Source: Octopus bimaculoides (lineage: Eukaryota). Taken from it: a stretch of DNA of 35,244 bases. The translations under genes were made by a program, and so were the position numbers. The stretch spans positions 85,105,810 through 85,141,053 of the forward strand of contig NC_068990.1 in NCBI RefSeq assembly GCF_001194135.2, in the 5' to 3' direction. A model generated the notes under the pieces. It was not told the DNA's origin and ran no database searches. It worked only from the letters and a program-made list of their open reading frames with translations. Below, in pieces: positions 22,251 to 33,619 of the stretch. Within the stretch, counting starts at the first letter, position 1, and every line of letters starts with the position of its first letter.

Positions 22251-22400
22251 GGCAAGATATGATTTGAGCTGGATTTGACTGTTTTTGTTAAGAAAACAAG
22301 CGCAGTTGCTTGAACCGAGGCACAGTTTAGCACCAACGCTTGGCCCTTGGCTATATTGAGCAGAGCTCACTCCGTCGCCAATATTCTCTGGTCTCAAGAT
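22251..22400 (-). mobile_element. Degenerate family D repeat
   Basis: AAGAAGGCAAGATATGATTTGAGCTGGATTTGACTG followed by GTTTAGCACCAAC, in the same order as 3240-3425. Confidence 0.45.
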
Positions 22401-22629
22401 AACTTCCTTCTATCATTCTTGAAGGCCCAGGAAAGGGTTATGTCTACTGCCCTTACTCTTCCCTCTAAGCTTTAAGAAGATATATGGAGCCCTCTCCAAT
22501 TTGTTTACTTCAAGCAGCGAATCCTTCACTTTTTTACGCGGGAAGAAACGATGAAAAGACTTATGCTTTCTTCACGCACAAAACAAAAGATAATGTACAG
22601 TAAAACACTGCATATTTACAGGGTGCTAC

Positions 22630-22708
22630 GTAGTAGTAGTAGTAGTAGTAGTAATAGTAGTGGTGGTGGTGGTGGTGGTGGTGGTGGTATTGGTGGTGGT
22701 ATTGGTGA

Positions 22709-22766
<58 letters not shown>

Positions 22767-22825
22767 GGTGGTGGTGGTGGTAGTGGTATTGGTGATGGTG
22801 GTAGTAGTAGTAGTAGTAGCAGCAG
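22630..22825. repeat. Compound (TAG)n/(TGG)n trinucleotide repeat
   Basis: Direct reading. Confidence 0.95.
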
Positions 22826-22945
22826 AAATGAATAAAAAATTTTCAGAATGGTAAACAAAAATATAAAACAGGGTTTTTGTTTTTGGTTTGAAATATTATA
22901 TCTATGGGAAAGTTAAAATACTGAGAGGAAAGGGTTAGCATTTTA

Positions 22946-22977
<32 letters not shown>

Positions 22978-23099
22978 CAAATTTAAAAATGAAGGCAACA
23001 AAGTAACTGGTAGCAAATGACAGGCGATAAAATATTTAACTATTTCTCTATTTCTCTTCTGCAGTACAGAAGTACTACCTACTGTTATATTTGATAAAG

Positions 23100-23129
23100 T
23101 TCATTATCATCATCATCATCATCATAATA

Positions 23130-23186
<57 letters not shown>

Positions 23187-23218
23187 GTAATAATAATAAT
23201 AATAATAATATGATGATG

Positions 23219-23256
<38 letters not shown>

Positions 23257-23294
23257 CATCATCATCATCATCATCATTATTATTATTATTATTA

Positions 23295-23325
<31 letters not shown>

Positions 23326-23494
23326 CATTATTATTATCATTATTATTATTATTATTATTATCATTATTATTATTATTATTATTATTATCATCATTATTAT
23401 TATTATGTTGATATTGTTGTTGGTGGTGTTGTTGTTGTCCTCGTCGTCATTGGTGTTGTTCTTGGCGTTGTTGTCGTTGTTGTTTTGTTGTTGC

Positions 23495-23543
<49 letters not shown>

Positions 23544-23604
23544 TTTGTTGTTGTTATTATTGTTGTTCTTGGTCGTATTGTTGTTGTTGTTGTCGTCGTT
23601 GTTG

Positions 23605-23642
<38 letters not shown>

Positions 23643-23665
23643 GGCAACAGCAGCAGCAGCAGCTT
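23100..23665. repeat. Long compound trinucleotide tract: (CAT)(AAT)(CAT)(ATT)(GTT)(ATT)(GTT)(ATT)(CAG)
   Basis: Direct reading. Confidence 0.95.
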
Positions 23666-24194
23666 ACGGAATGTTAATATTTCAAATAACATATAACAAG
23701 AACAATAGACAGGAAATAGAAATAAGATTAAAATAAAAATAAAAAATTTTTAAAAAATAGCTTAATGCCTGTTGTCTGTATCTTCAGTGTTTAGAGCAAA
23801 TTGTCATCAGCGAAAGAGCGGCAGAAACTGTTTTGGGCTTAACGAAAATATTCACATATTTACACAATATCCTCACTGTTTACTTGATCTAGCTTTTGTA
23901 ACGAAGAACAATTGCCATAAACAGTAAGAATACGTGTTTTAAACCTATAGTCGGAGGTGGGGGGTGGGAGCATGCCCATCAATCTTTACAAGGATTCTGA
24001 GACGGGTAGGAAGGATGTGGTGGGGGATAGAAGAGGTTATCCTCAGATGGTTTGGCCTGAATGCTTGCAAAAAGATTGGACTCGGCTAAAATGGCCCAAG
24101 GTACGAAGTAGTAGTGTTATACTGGGCGACTGGTTAGCTCTATTACTAAGTTAGGACATGTGTCGGATTTTGATCACAGTGAAAAGGCAAATTC

Positions 24195-24320
24195 CGCCAG
24201 TTCACAGCCGTAGAATGGTTTTTATCGATCCGCCAATGATGAAAGATAAAAATGGCGTAGGCAGGATTTGAACTCAGAATCTAAGGTGCCGAATATATAC
24301 TATAATATATTTCATTAGTT
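24195..24320 (-). mobile_element. Old, degenerate SINE family B fragment
   Basis: TTTTATCGATCCGCCAATGATGAAAG..GGCAGGATTTGAACTCAGAATCTAA. Confidence 0.55.
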
Positions 24321-24327
24321 GTTCTAA

Positions 24328-24637
24328 GGTTAGAGCGTCGGGTTCACAATCATAAGGTAGTGAGTTTGATTCCAGGATCGGGCTCTGTGTTGTGTTCTTG
24401 AGCAAGACACTTTATTTCACGTTGCTCCTGTTCACTCAGCTGTAGAAATGAGTTTCGACGTCACTGGTGCCAAGCTGTATCGGCCCCTTTGCCTTTCTCT
24501 TGAATAACATCAGTGGTGTGGAGAGGGGAGGTTGGTATGCATGAGCGTCTGCTGGTCTGCTGGACTTGTGCCTCGGAGGGGAACTTTCTAGGTGCAATCC
24601 CATGGTCATTGATAACCGAAGAGGGCATTTACCTTCT
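24328..24637 (+). mobile_element. SINE family C variant: same tRNA head and core as the 12503 copy, different 3' tail
   Basis: Head GGTTAGAGCGTCGGGTTCACAATCATAAGGTAGTGAGTTTGATTCC and core GTGTTCTTGAGCAAGACACTTTATTTCACGTTGCTCC.GT.CACTCAGCT are shared; the tail is shared with 22028-22169. Confidence 0.85.
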
Positions 24638-25933
24638 TTTAGCCGTTCTAACGACTCAGCTAATTCACCACATATGCACGCGCTCACACACACACACACA
24701 GCTTTTTAAACTGAAGCTGAGAATTTGTCTCGCGACTCGAGTTTCACACAAGTGCGATCATCAGGCGAAATTGACGACTTGGTGTTGGTAGTGTATATCC
24801 TTTGACGTACGTGGGTGGTCTGGTACTGGAGGTATTTCGTTGGTTGTGTGTTTACACATATACACACATATACATATGTGTGTATGTATGTGTGTCTGTG
24901 TGGAGTATGTGTGTATATCTATATGTATATATATACACACACACATATATAATAAAGAACAGAGCAACTTTTATGAGCGCACTCAAAAATTTAATGTACA
25001 CACACACATACACACACACACACGCGCAGACACAGACACAGACACACGTATGTATATATGTAGCAGAAGCAACAGAGTGACTCGAGGGCCGCATATTCTG
25101 AGTTTCCTTTCTCCTGTTTGCATCACCATATCAGTATATATTTATATATATATACGTTAAATAGTTATGTATGTAGGTTTGTATACATGAATGTATATGC
25201 ATATTTTTGTTCATGTGTGTATGTACGTGCGTTAACTAGTTGAAAATCTATAAAGGAAAAAGGTGCCAACAAATTCATTGACCATCAAATGTTCGTATTT
25301 TTTTTTATTAAATAAAAACCAGCAGAGGTCACATAGTCTTCTGTTTTATGGCGTATTGCACTGCTCACACCTCGTTTAATAAATATATGCGCTCACCATG
25401 ATCATCGAAACTTTGAATGCAAATAAGTCATGTTGACTTTAAGGTTACAATCATACAACGAAGTTCATAAGGAGTTTTAGATATAAAAAAAAGCAATATA
25501 ATTACTGCAGCTGATATAAATATTCTAAAAGTTAGTTTTAATCGATAGTCACCGAAGTTTAATTAAAATCATTATCATAAATACAATTGAATCAATATTT
25601 CTGATCGTTAGAGTCAGCTCCAATAGTTTCGAGTAGAATGCTGTTACTCGTTAAACATGTGTGAGTCGTATTGTAAATGTCTTTTCAATATTAGTGCACC
25701 TGCACTATATTATGTAAAATGAAATTCCTGGATATTGAGCCTAAACATTTATTGGTTTTATGATATATCTGCTGGCTGCAGCATGCATATTTTTGAATCA
25801 ACAAAACACTTGTATGACTGCAACTGCTGCTGGGTTTTTGCGTAAAGTTGGAAGAAAATTACTTGGCAGAACAACGATCCAATATCGCAAGACAGTTTCA
25901 ATTCTTGGCTGCTGCTATTTCAGTTCTAGCTTA

Positions 25934-26237
25934 TTCTTTTATTTGTTTCAGTCATTTGACTGTGGCCATGCTGGAGCACTACCTTTAGTCAAGCAAATCG
26001 ACCCCAAGGTCTTTGTAAGCCTAGTACTTATTCTATCGGTCTGTCTTGCCGAACCGCTAAGTGACGGAGAGACATACGACGGGTTTCTTTCAGTTTCCGT
26101 CTACCAAATCCACTCACAAGGCTTTGATCGGCCCGAGGCTATAGTAGAAGACACTTGCCCAAGATTCCACGCAGTGGGACTGAACCCGGAACCATGTGGT
26201 TGGTAAGCAAGCTTCTTACTACACAGCCACACCTGCG
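25934..26237 (-). mobile_element. SINE family A, complete head and tail but lacking the central microsatellite segment
   Basis: On the plus strand the tail part (..GAACCGCTAAGT) joins the head part (ATACGACGGG..) through only ~10 bp. Confidence 0.9.
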
Positions 26238-28023
26238 CATAAAAAAAAATTTTTAATAAGTTATGAGTATCTAAATATCTGAAGCTCAAGTCAACTTCCA
26301 TAAATCTACGATATGGTACGAAAGTAAATAATTATTTTCACAAAATATCGTGAATTTTCTTCGCAGAAACAGTAGACGTAACATTGAAATAGGATTTTCT
26401 GTTATGAGAATAGTTGGTTATGAATTAGTGTAAAATATTTTGTACTGAGGCTTGGTAAGCAACTTCTTTTTTTATTACCCATAAAGGGCTACATAGAGAC
26501 GCTTTACAATACAAAATAACAATTATTTTGTAGGATTTTTCTTCTATATCAGGTTTGACCAATGAACGACTCGAGAAAGGCCAAGAGGTCGGCTTATTCT
26601 AATAAACCTCTTAGTGCAACAGGTGAGAACAATAGGCTGAGAACTTGTATGGATTCAGTTTCGAATCCTGACTCAGAAATTTGGTAGCTGTTCGCTACAT
26701 CTCTATGTAAAGTGGCACGCATACACGTGTACATATATGTGTGTGCGTATCTGTCTGGCTTCTCTTTTTCCAAAGGATTTACTTTGAACTCAGAAAATTC
26801 TTCTTCTAACTACATGTGAAATAGAAGAAATACTCTACCAACAAAAATTTTTTTGCCGACTCAAACCCTCGCTAATTTCTTGAGAAAACTAGGCGAGAAT
26901 TCGTATCATGAGTGTTCTATCACCTCTACGCTATTTGTTCGCCCAAATTAAATTCACGAGTCTTAGTCGCATAATTCTAAGTAGAAGCCACATATTATGA
27001 TTCACAAAAATGCAGTGTATTAATTTTATAGTAAGCTGGTTTATAGCTCACCTCTAGTAGTTTATATTTCATTATATAGTGTAATGACTGTTCTGCAAAG
27101 TGGTATAGAGTTCACACTATTACAGTACGATGACAGTACTGTAACATGGTATATAGTCCAGTACTGTAGTGTAATGACAATAGTTTAGTTCACCATTATA
27201 GCGTTTTTACATCTTGACCATAAATCATATTTAAAAACTTTACTGGTTGAAGATTTCCCCCGGGAAAATAAAACCCTTATCATCAAAGAAGTCCGTTACC
27301 GCTGTCAGAATTCACTCTACACGGCACACAATCTTATCATATTTCACGAATTTTATTAACTCTGTTTATAAACAATAGTTCGCTCGAATGTCAGCTATTT
27401 TTTCTTTAAAGAAATAATTTCAGTTTGTGAAGAATTCAAGATAAGAACCAAATTTTAACATCTCACTTTCTTAGTTGATCTTTGTTCTTTGTTTTTTAAC
27501 TTTCATCATTTCACTTACACAAATTTATATTTTTATAGATAACATTTTAATTTATTTCTAAGCTCTTTTCTCCCTCAAATAACTTACGTGGTTACTTAAT
27601 CAGAAAGAGAAGAAAAAAATTAAAGATTTATATTTCTCTAAATTTACCCAACCCATAATCTTAAGCACATTGTATATAAAGATACGCTTATGAGAAGGCA
27701 CCGTTACCGTGTCTCTTTCAACAGCTAGAAATAGCAACTAAAAGAAAAGATTGCCTATGTCTAAATAACATGAAACCATTATAAAATTCATATCTAGACC
27801 TTAATAACTCTCTATCAAAAATATACAGTAGGGTTACACACAGACACAAAAGAATATGGTGAATACAAAACTCGGCGTTGGCCCTATCCAACTCCATCGG
27901 AGAAGCTGAGAAGCAGGGGAACCTTTCTATCGTTGCTGACCTTCTAGATATAGCAATAAAACCGCCTTGAGATTATTTTATCATCTTGTAAAAGGGAACT
28001 ACACACGATATTATGCCTGAATA

Positions 28024-28138
28024 TTGCCTTTCATCCTTTCTGGGCTGATAAATTAAGTACCAGTTGAATACTGGGGGTCGATGTGATCGACTGTTCCCCT
28101 CCCCACAAAATCCAGGCCTTGTGCTTATAGTAGAAAGG

Positions 28139-28174
<36 letters not shown>
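28024..28174 (+). mobile_element. SINE family B, 5'-truncated, tail type 2 ending in (ATT)12
   Basis: TTGCCTTTCATCCTTTCTGGGCTGATAAATTAAGTACCAG..CCAGGCCTTGTGCTTATAGTAGAAAGG(ATT)n. Confidence 0.9.
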
Positions 28175-28710
28175 GAGTAAGAGAGCAGTGCATGCCATTA
28201 AAGTGACACTGGGGTAAAATATACGAAGCCCATTATACCCATCATGACTACCCGTCTGATAAGGGTACACCAGGCACATGCATCACAACCATATGTGCGC
28301 GACATGGTGATCTCATATCTAGATAAACAGCACATGACCTTGCAGGTGGGGGTCTAGTTACCCATCTTGCTCAAAAGGTCTCTGAATAAGGTTTGTTTAT
28401 GGATGATAAACAAAACACCCATATTTCCAGAAGTGAATTATTCAAACCCCAAAGAATTTCTCTCAACACATGGCTATGATGCTCCTCCACCACTTCTGCT
28501 CGTGATCGGAAATGCACATACCATCAGCCACTAAGGGACATGCTCAACTAGTTATGGTCATGCAACTGACAAGCAAATATGTGGTATGGAGCAGAATATT
28601 TGCTGTAGCCCATCTTTTATACCAAGACAAAGCAATGTACATGATAACACTTCTAATCACTTAAGATCAAAAGCCATGAGAACCACTACCTGGTACTGCA
28701 CCAGGGCATA
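28175..28710 (-). mobile_element. ~535 bp non-coding retroposon-like repeat (family E) ending in (AAT)n on the minus strand
   Basis: The minus strand ends ..CCCCAGTGTCACTTTAATGGCATGCACTGCTCTCTTACTC(AAT)n. It is bounded by (TCA)n on the right. I recall this sequence as a common octopus repeat, but there is only one copy in this window. Confidence 0.55.
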
Positions 28711-29375
28711 TCATCATCATCATCATCATGAATTTCATGAGCTGGGTCAGTACTAATTCTTTGCAGTCCAGTTTTGACATTGACAAACATGCTTTCGGCA
28801 TCAGAACCAACCATTGTCTAGCAAACAAACTTGGAAGCCGCATTGCATAGTCCTTCTCATAGCCTGATTTTGCACGGTTATATAAATAACATATTCTGTC
28901 ATTTTAGAATTTTCTCGCCGTCAAATTATACACACGTTTTTTGCTAATTCTCACAATTGTTCAGTTTACACATGCCTGATTATGAAACATCCAACAGTTC
29001 TTTATAGAACTAACTACCAACAGAAGTTAAGTTCCGGAACTCGAGATACAGCTTCACCGTTATCTCTCAAGAGCCAGATGTACGATGCTTTTCAACAACA
29101 GTCCAATCTCCCCGGTTCAATTCATTTCGACTTACGTAACTCATGATTTATTATTATCACACTTTAACAACTAACCAAACAGAATATTCTTCTTACCATC
29201 TCAAAATCAATATTAGCATACATACATACATACATACATACATGCGTATGTATGTATCGATGTTAATATAAAATATTGATTTTCAACCGGTGATATCTTT
29301 CTGTGAGTGAACTTCTTGACTATGTCTGTTCTTTCATGATATGCCTCACGCGCGCACATAACACACGCACGCGCG

Positions 29376-29408
<33 letters not shown>

Positions 29409-29862
29409 TGTATACAAACAAATCTATACATGTGTGTATGCGTACATGGTTGAGCAAGTATCAGAAAACAAAAGAAGCACTCAATATCTAATAAATAAAT
29501 AGATAAATAAATAAATAAATAAATAAATAAATATACGATTTTCAATGCTCAGATTTGACCATACTAGCATTTCGTATTTCTATTTATTTTCCAATCGACA
29601 ATCAATAACTTTTGTTATATACAGTGCATTACATTATAGCTTAATATATTATATTACGTTATATTAAATCATGTTATGTTATATAGTATTTTCTTTCAAA
29701 TTTTTATCGATTATTGTAATCTTTTTTAAATTTCAATTCTGATATCTTACAATATGTTTTGTACTCCTCAGTCTTTCATCAGCTTTTCATGCATTTCCCA
29801 CGTATTTAAATATTTGTTCTAAAAAAAAAACAAAAAAAAAACAAAAACTTAAAACAAATCCC

Positions 29863-29872
29863 NNNNNNNNNN
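29863..29872. other. Assembly gap (10 N)
   Basis: N characters. Confidence 1.
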
Positions 29873-30469
29873 CGCGCGCACACACACATGCACACGCACG
29901 CACAGTGCTCCTATGTTAATCGGAACAATTGAAAATCTATAACCTGGGTATAAGAGATATAGATTTCTCATCAGTGCTCCATAGATGTTTACTGTTTCCC
30001 CCATTTTATGAAGACGTTCACTTCACATCTACTGTGAAGTTGATCTCCACAACGGTGCACAAATTCTACTCCATGTCCCATAAAACTATGTTTACCTGCA
30101 TGTAAGCGTGCCAGCCTTCCTATCAGCTTGCCTGTCTGCTTGCCCGCCAGCCTGTCTGTCTGTCTATCTGCCTACCTGTCTGTCTGTCTGTGTAATTGTA
30201 CTTATGCACCAGGTTGAGTTAAAAGTTAAAAGTTTTAAATTCAAATTACGATATACGTAAACAAACAAACGAAGTTTGCTTTTAGAAGAGTTGAGATGTC
30301 TTAGAAAGTTAAAGAAGTGATTTTAAATTCTCAAACGCAGAATAATGCTAATAATATAGTCTGAACAGGATAAACTCCCCCTATTTTGCAGAAAAAAAGT
30401 GTAGGCGTTTTCAAATTTCAAGCTTTAATTAATAGTTCAAGCAAATTACATATGAAAAGCGTTTGTTCC

Positions 30470-31440
30470 TCAAACTGTATTCCATCATATTCTATTGACT
30501 GTTGCCATTGTTGTACCAGAAGCTCAATACCATGCTTATACCATTTGGTTGGTTTAGAAGCAAAGAAGTTCCTGCATCATTTTCAACCACATCTACATCG
30601 CTGAACCTCCATCTGTGCAGATAATGAACCGTGGCTCGGAAAAGGTGGTAATATGATGGCGTGAAGTCTGGACTGTCGGCAAGGTGAGGCAGCACTTCCA
30701 AGTTCCTCAAGCTTGCACTTGACCACTTCGTGTGTGTCTTCGATTGACCAGTAGCGGGTAGCGAGCTTTCGAAGCATCATATATTAGCTGCAGTTGTTGA
30801 GTATCGAAATAAGCGTTCACAACATGACCATTTCGGACAAGTTCAAAGTGCAATGTTCCCTTGAAATTCCATCAATCGTACAATACGATCTCCTGTTCGA
30901 ACCGCCCTTGTTTGACAACAGCTTCCGAAGCTTTGCCAGAACGAAGCCACTGATTTCTTTTATTAAGATTACGGAAAAAAGAAAAAAGATCCATTTTTCT
31001 TCTTCAGTTATGGTTCTACGCCAAAAATAAGCATCTCGACGATTCGGCAGCGGCTGGTTGCAAATGTTTACAAGGCATTGAAACTGGTCGTTGGTCAGTA
31101 CGTAAGCAGTTTCTCGACAGCGTCTGTCCACAAAGCCAGTCGATCGATAGCGCTTTATGAAGGACCAAGTTCTGCCGACAATGTACGAGTACTTGTGCTT
31201 GGCTGTTATTCAACCAATTAAAGCAAAACTTCGTCTTCCACAACAGAAGGTCTCCCTGACCTTGGTTTGCCTTCCAGGATTCTGTCCCTTTCCTTCAAAC
31301 GTCTAAACCAGTTTTGTGCTACATATTCGTGGACAGTTTCTTCCCTTCCACACCATTAATTTCTTTTGCCACTACTCATGCTCTGTCTCTTACAAGTAGC
31401 GTAAACTGACTTTAATTGCAATTTTTTTTCACTACTCCTT
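30470..31440 (-). pseudogene. Decayed mariner transposase, near full span with two internal deletions
   Basis: Ordered motifs: VAQNWFRRLKERDRILEGKPRSGRP (HTH1), PSTSTRTLSAELG (HTH2), FWRRTITEEEKWIF (decayed IITGDEKW), MVML, EVLPHLADSPDFTPSYYHLFR (YSPDLAP-like). TIRs were not confidently located. Confidence 0.88.
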
Positions 31441-31794
31441 ATCACAGCTGTAAAATTAAAAATAAACAATTAATGTGTATATGTTAGATATAAAATAAAG
31501 AATAAATTCAGTAACGGTTGGACAAGTCGTATTAAATTAATGATACAACAGGGAGGTGTAAGTTCTTAAAAATCATCAGTGAAAATCCGAAAAACAGCTT
31601 TTGTTTCAATCTGGTATTTAAGTTTCCTCCTCGTCTGGGTTTCTTCTTCAAAAGTTTTATTCGATCATATTGCTCCCAATATTTTTTACAGTGTGATATT
31701 GTTTTGATGTCTGTTTGTTGATTGACTGGCAAAGTTATGGAACATAAAGTGGCACATAACCACACACCCGTGTAGACACATGTGTGTATACATT

Positions 31795-31825
<31 letters not shown>

Positions 31826-32289
31826 GTTTCTCTCTCTGTCTCTCTCTCTCTCTATCTATCTATCTAGTGATTCACATGAAACGAAAAGATAATATGGATA
31901 TTATTACATACGTTTTAATAGCGTATTTATCAACACATTCCAACATAGAATTTGGCATGAATTAACATGCACGGTTATATAACTTTATATTCCTTCCTTC
32001 TTTTCTTTTTTCTTTCTTTCTATTCCCCCTCTCTCTCTTCTTCCCTTCTTTCTTCTCCCACCTTCCCACCCTCTGGCACCAACGGAAAACATCCTTCCCC
32101 GACGTCTGGCCCCCTCCCCCAAAATATCGGGCCTTGTGCCTGAGAAGTATAAACTGTACCTTCCGTGCCAGATTACTGAATGAGAGCAGTGGCTTTAGTA
32201 AGGGAAATAACTTTGTTGACTTATATTTTGTATAAAATGGGGTTGTGAGAGTTACTTAACTTCTTGTCACACATACTAGCATATTTATT

Positions 32290-32335
32290 TATGGGTTTCA
32301 GCCAAGTGGCTGTGGTCATGCTGGAGCACCACCGG
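32290..32335 (-). mobile_element. SINE family A, terminal tail fragment
   Basis: GTTTCAGCCAAGTGGCTGTGGTCATGCTGGAGCACC. Confidence 0.6.
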
Positions 32336-32949
32336 ATTAATTTCTTTCATAAAATATATCAAATCAACTAATTTCTCTTTGCTTCTCTCTCTCTCTCTCT
32401 CTCTCACGCGCGCACACATTATTTCTCTCACACATACATACACATATGCAATCTCACACTGATCTTTTCAGTTTCACATTCACACACACTCACACACATA
32501 CATGTGTTCATGCCCTTTCACATTCGCACACACGATATCTTCCTTCCTTCTTTCTTTCTTTTCTTTTTTCTGTCTTTCTATTTCTCCTTTCTCTCTCTTC
32601 TTTCCTTCTTTCTTCTCTCACCCTCTGTCTCCCCTCCCAATCTATTCGGCACCATCGGAAAAACATCCGTCCCCGACGAAAGATTAACCCCATCCTCCCC
32701 AACACACACTTTTCTTCATCTTATACTTACTATTCACCGGTGCAGATCATCACTAGTTTCTCCAGATCCTAATGTCTATTTGTGAGGTTTTGATCGAAAT
32801 GTTTATTCGATCAGAACACAGAAATAAAATACTATTGATGTAGTTTTACTCCGACTCACTCTTGATCGGATCGGTATGACTGCAAGACAATTCATATTGC
32901 ATGAGACATTTCATTGTTCTATAACGGATTGTCATATTTCACATAGCAG

Positions 32950-33360
32950 GCAGGTTATCTGATAGTTCACTGACCACGGTCTGTACATTCTACCTTCCTA
33001 ATCTGAGTGCTGGCTTCTATCTGGCTTTTGTCGTCTGGTTATGCCCGGTAGAGTATTTACCGTCTATGGTTCGGATTACATGTATCCCTAAGGCTCCATG
33101 CACCGAATGAGACAGACGGACTGTAGCAGAACAACACCTAAGGTCTGCCCAGCGTGAGGCGGGTGGTAGCCGTCCAATGAGAAATGATGGTCTCTCCTTC
33201 CTTTGAAAGCTGTCCTTGGTGTTTAGCTCCATGCTAATTTGAACGCATGCCAATAACTGGTACCATTGTAGTGAGGTGATACCATAGTGTCCTCTCCAGA
33301 GTGCAGGCCTGGGAAGGTTTTGTATGGGAGACCAACAGTTGTTTGTCCAGCAGGTGTCTT
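32950..33360 (-). mobile_element. RTE-clade LINE 5' UTR and ORF start remnant
   Basis: The minus strand reads GHNQTTKAR*KPALRLGR*NVQT, matching the RTE endonuclease start (..ALKLGTWNVRT). Confidence 0.6.
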
Positions 33361-33371
33361 CTCTCCACGTA

Positions 33372-33588
33372 AATAATCCTTTCTACTATAGGCACAAGGC
33401 CTGAAATTTGGAGAAGAGGACTAGTCGATTAAAGCGACCCCAGTACTCAAGTAGTACTTAATTTATCGACTCCGAAAGGATAAAACGCAAAGTCGACCTC
33501 GGCGAAATTTGAACTCAGAATGTAAAGACAGATGAAATACCGCTAAGCATTTCATCCAACGTGCTAACGATTCTGCCAGCTCGCTGCC
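33372..33588 (-). mobile_element. SINE family B, full length, tail type 2, imperfect TSD
   Basis: Complete head, core and tail; flanks TCTCCACGTAAATAAT and TCTCCACATCAATAAT. Confidence 0.9.
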
Positions 33589-33619
33589 TTTCTCCACATC
33601 AATAATGTCGTCCAATTCA

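Noticed and set aside
22551-23736. Poly-Ser/Gly, poly-Pro/Leu, poly-Ile and poly-Tyr ORFs
   Set aside because: Trinucleotide repeats lacking stops in some frames; no flanking coding context
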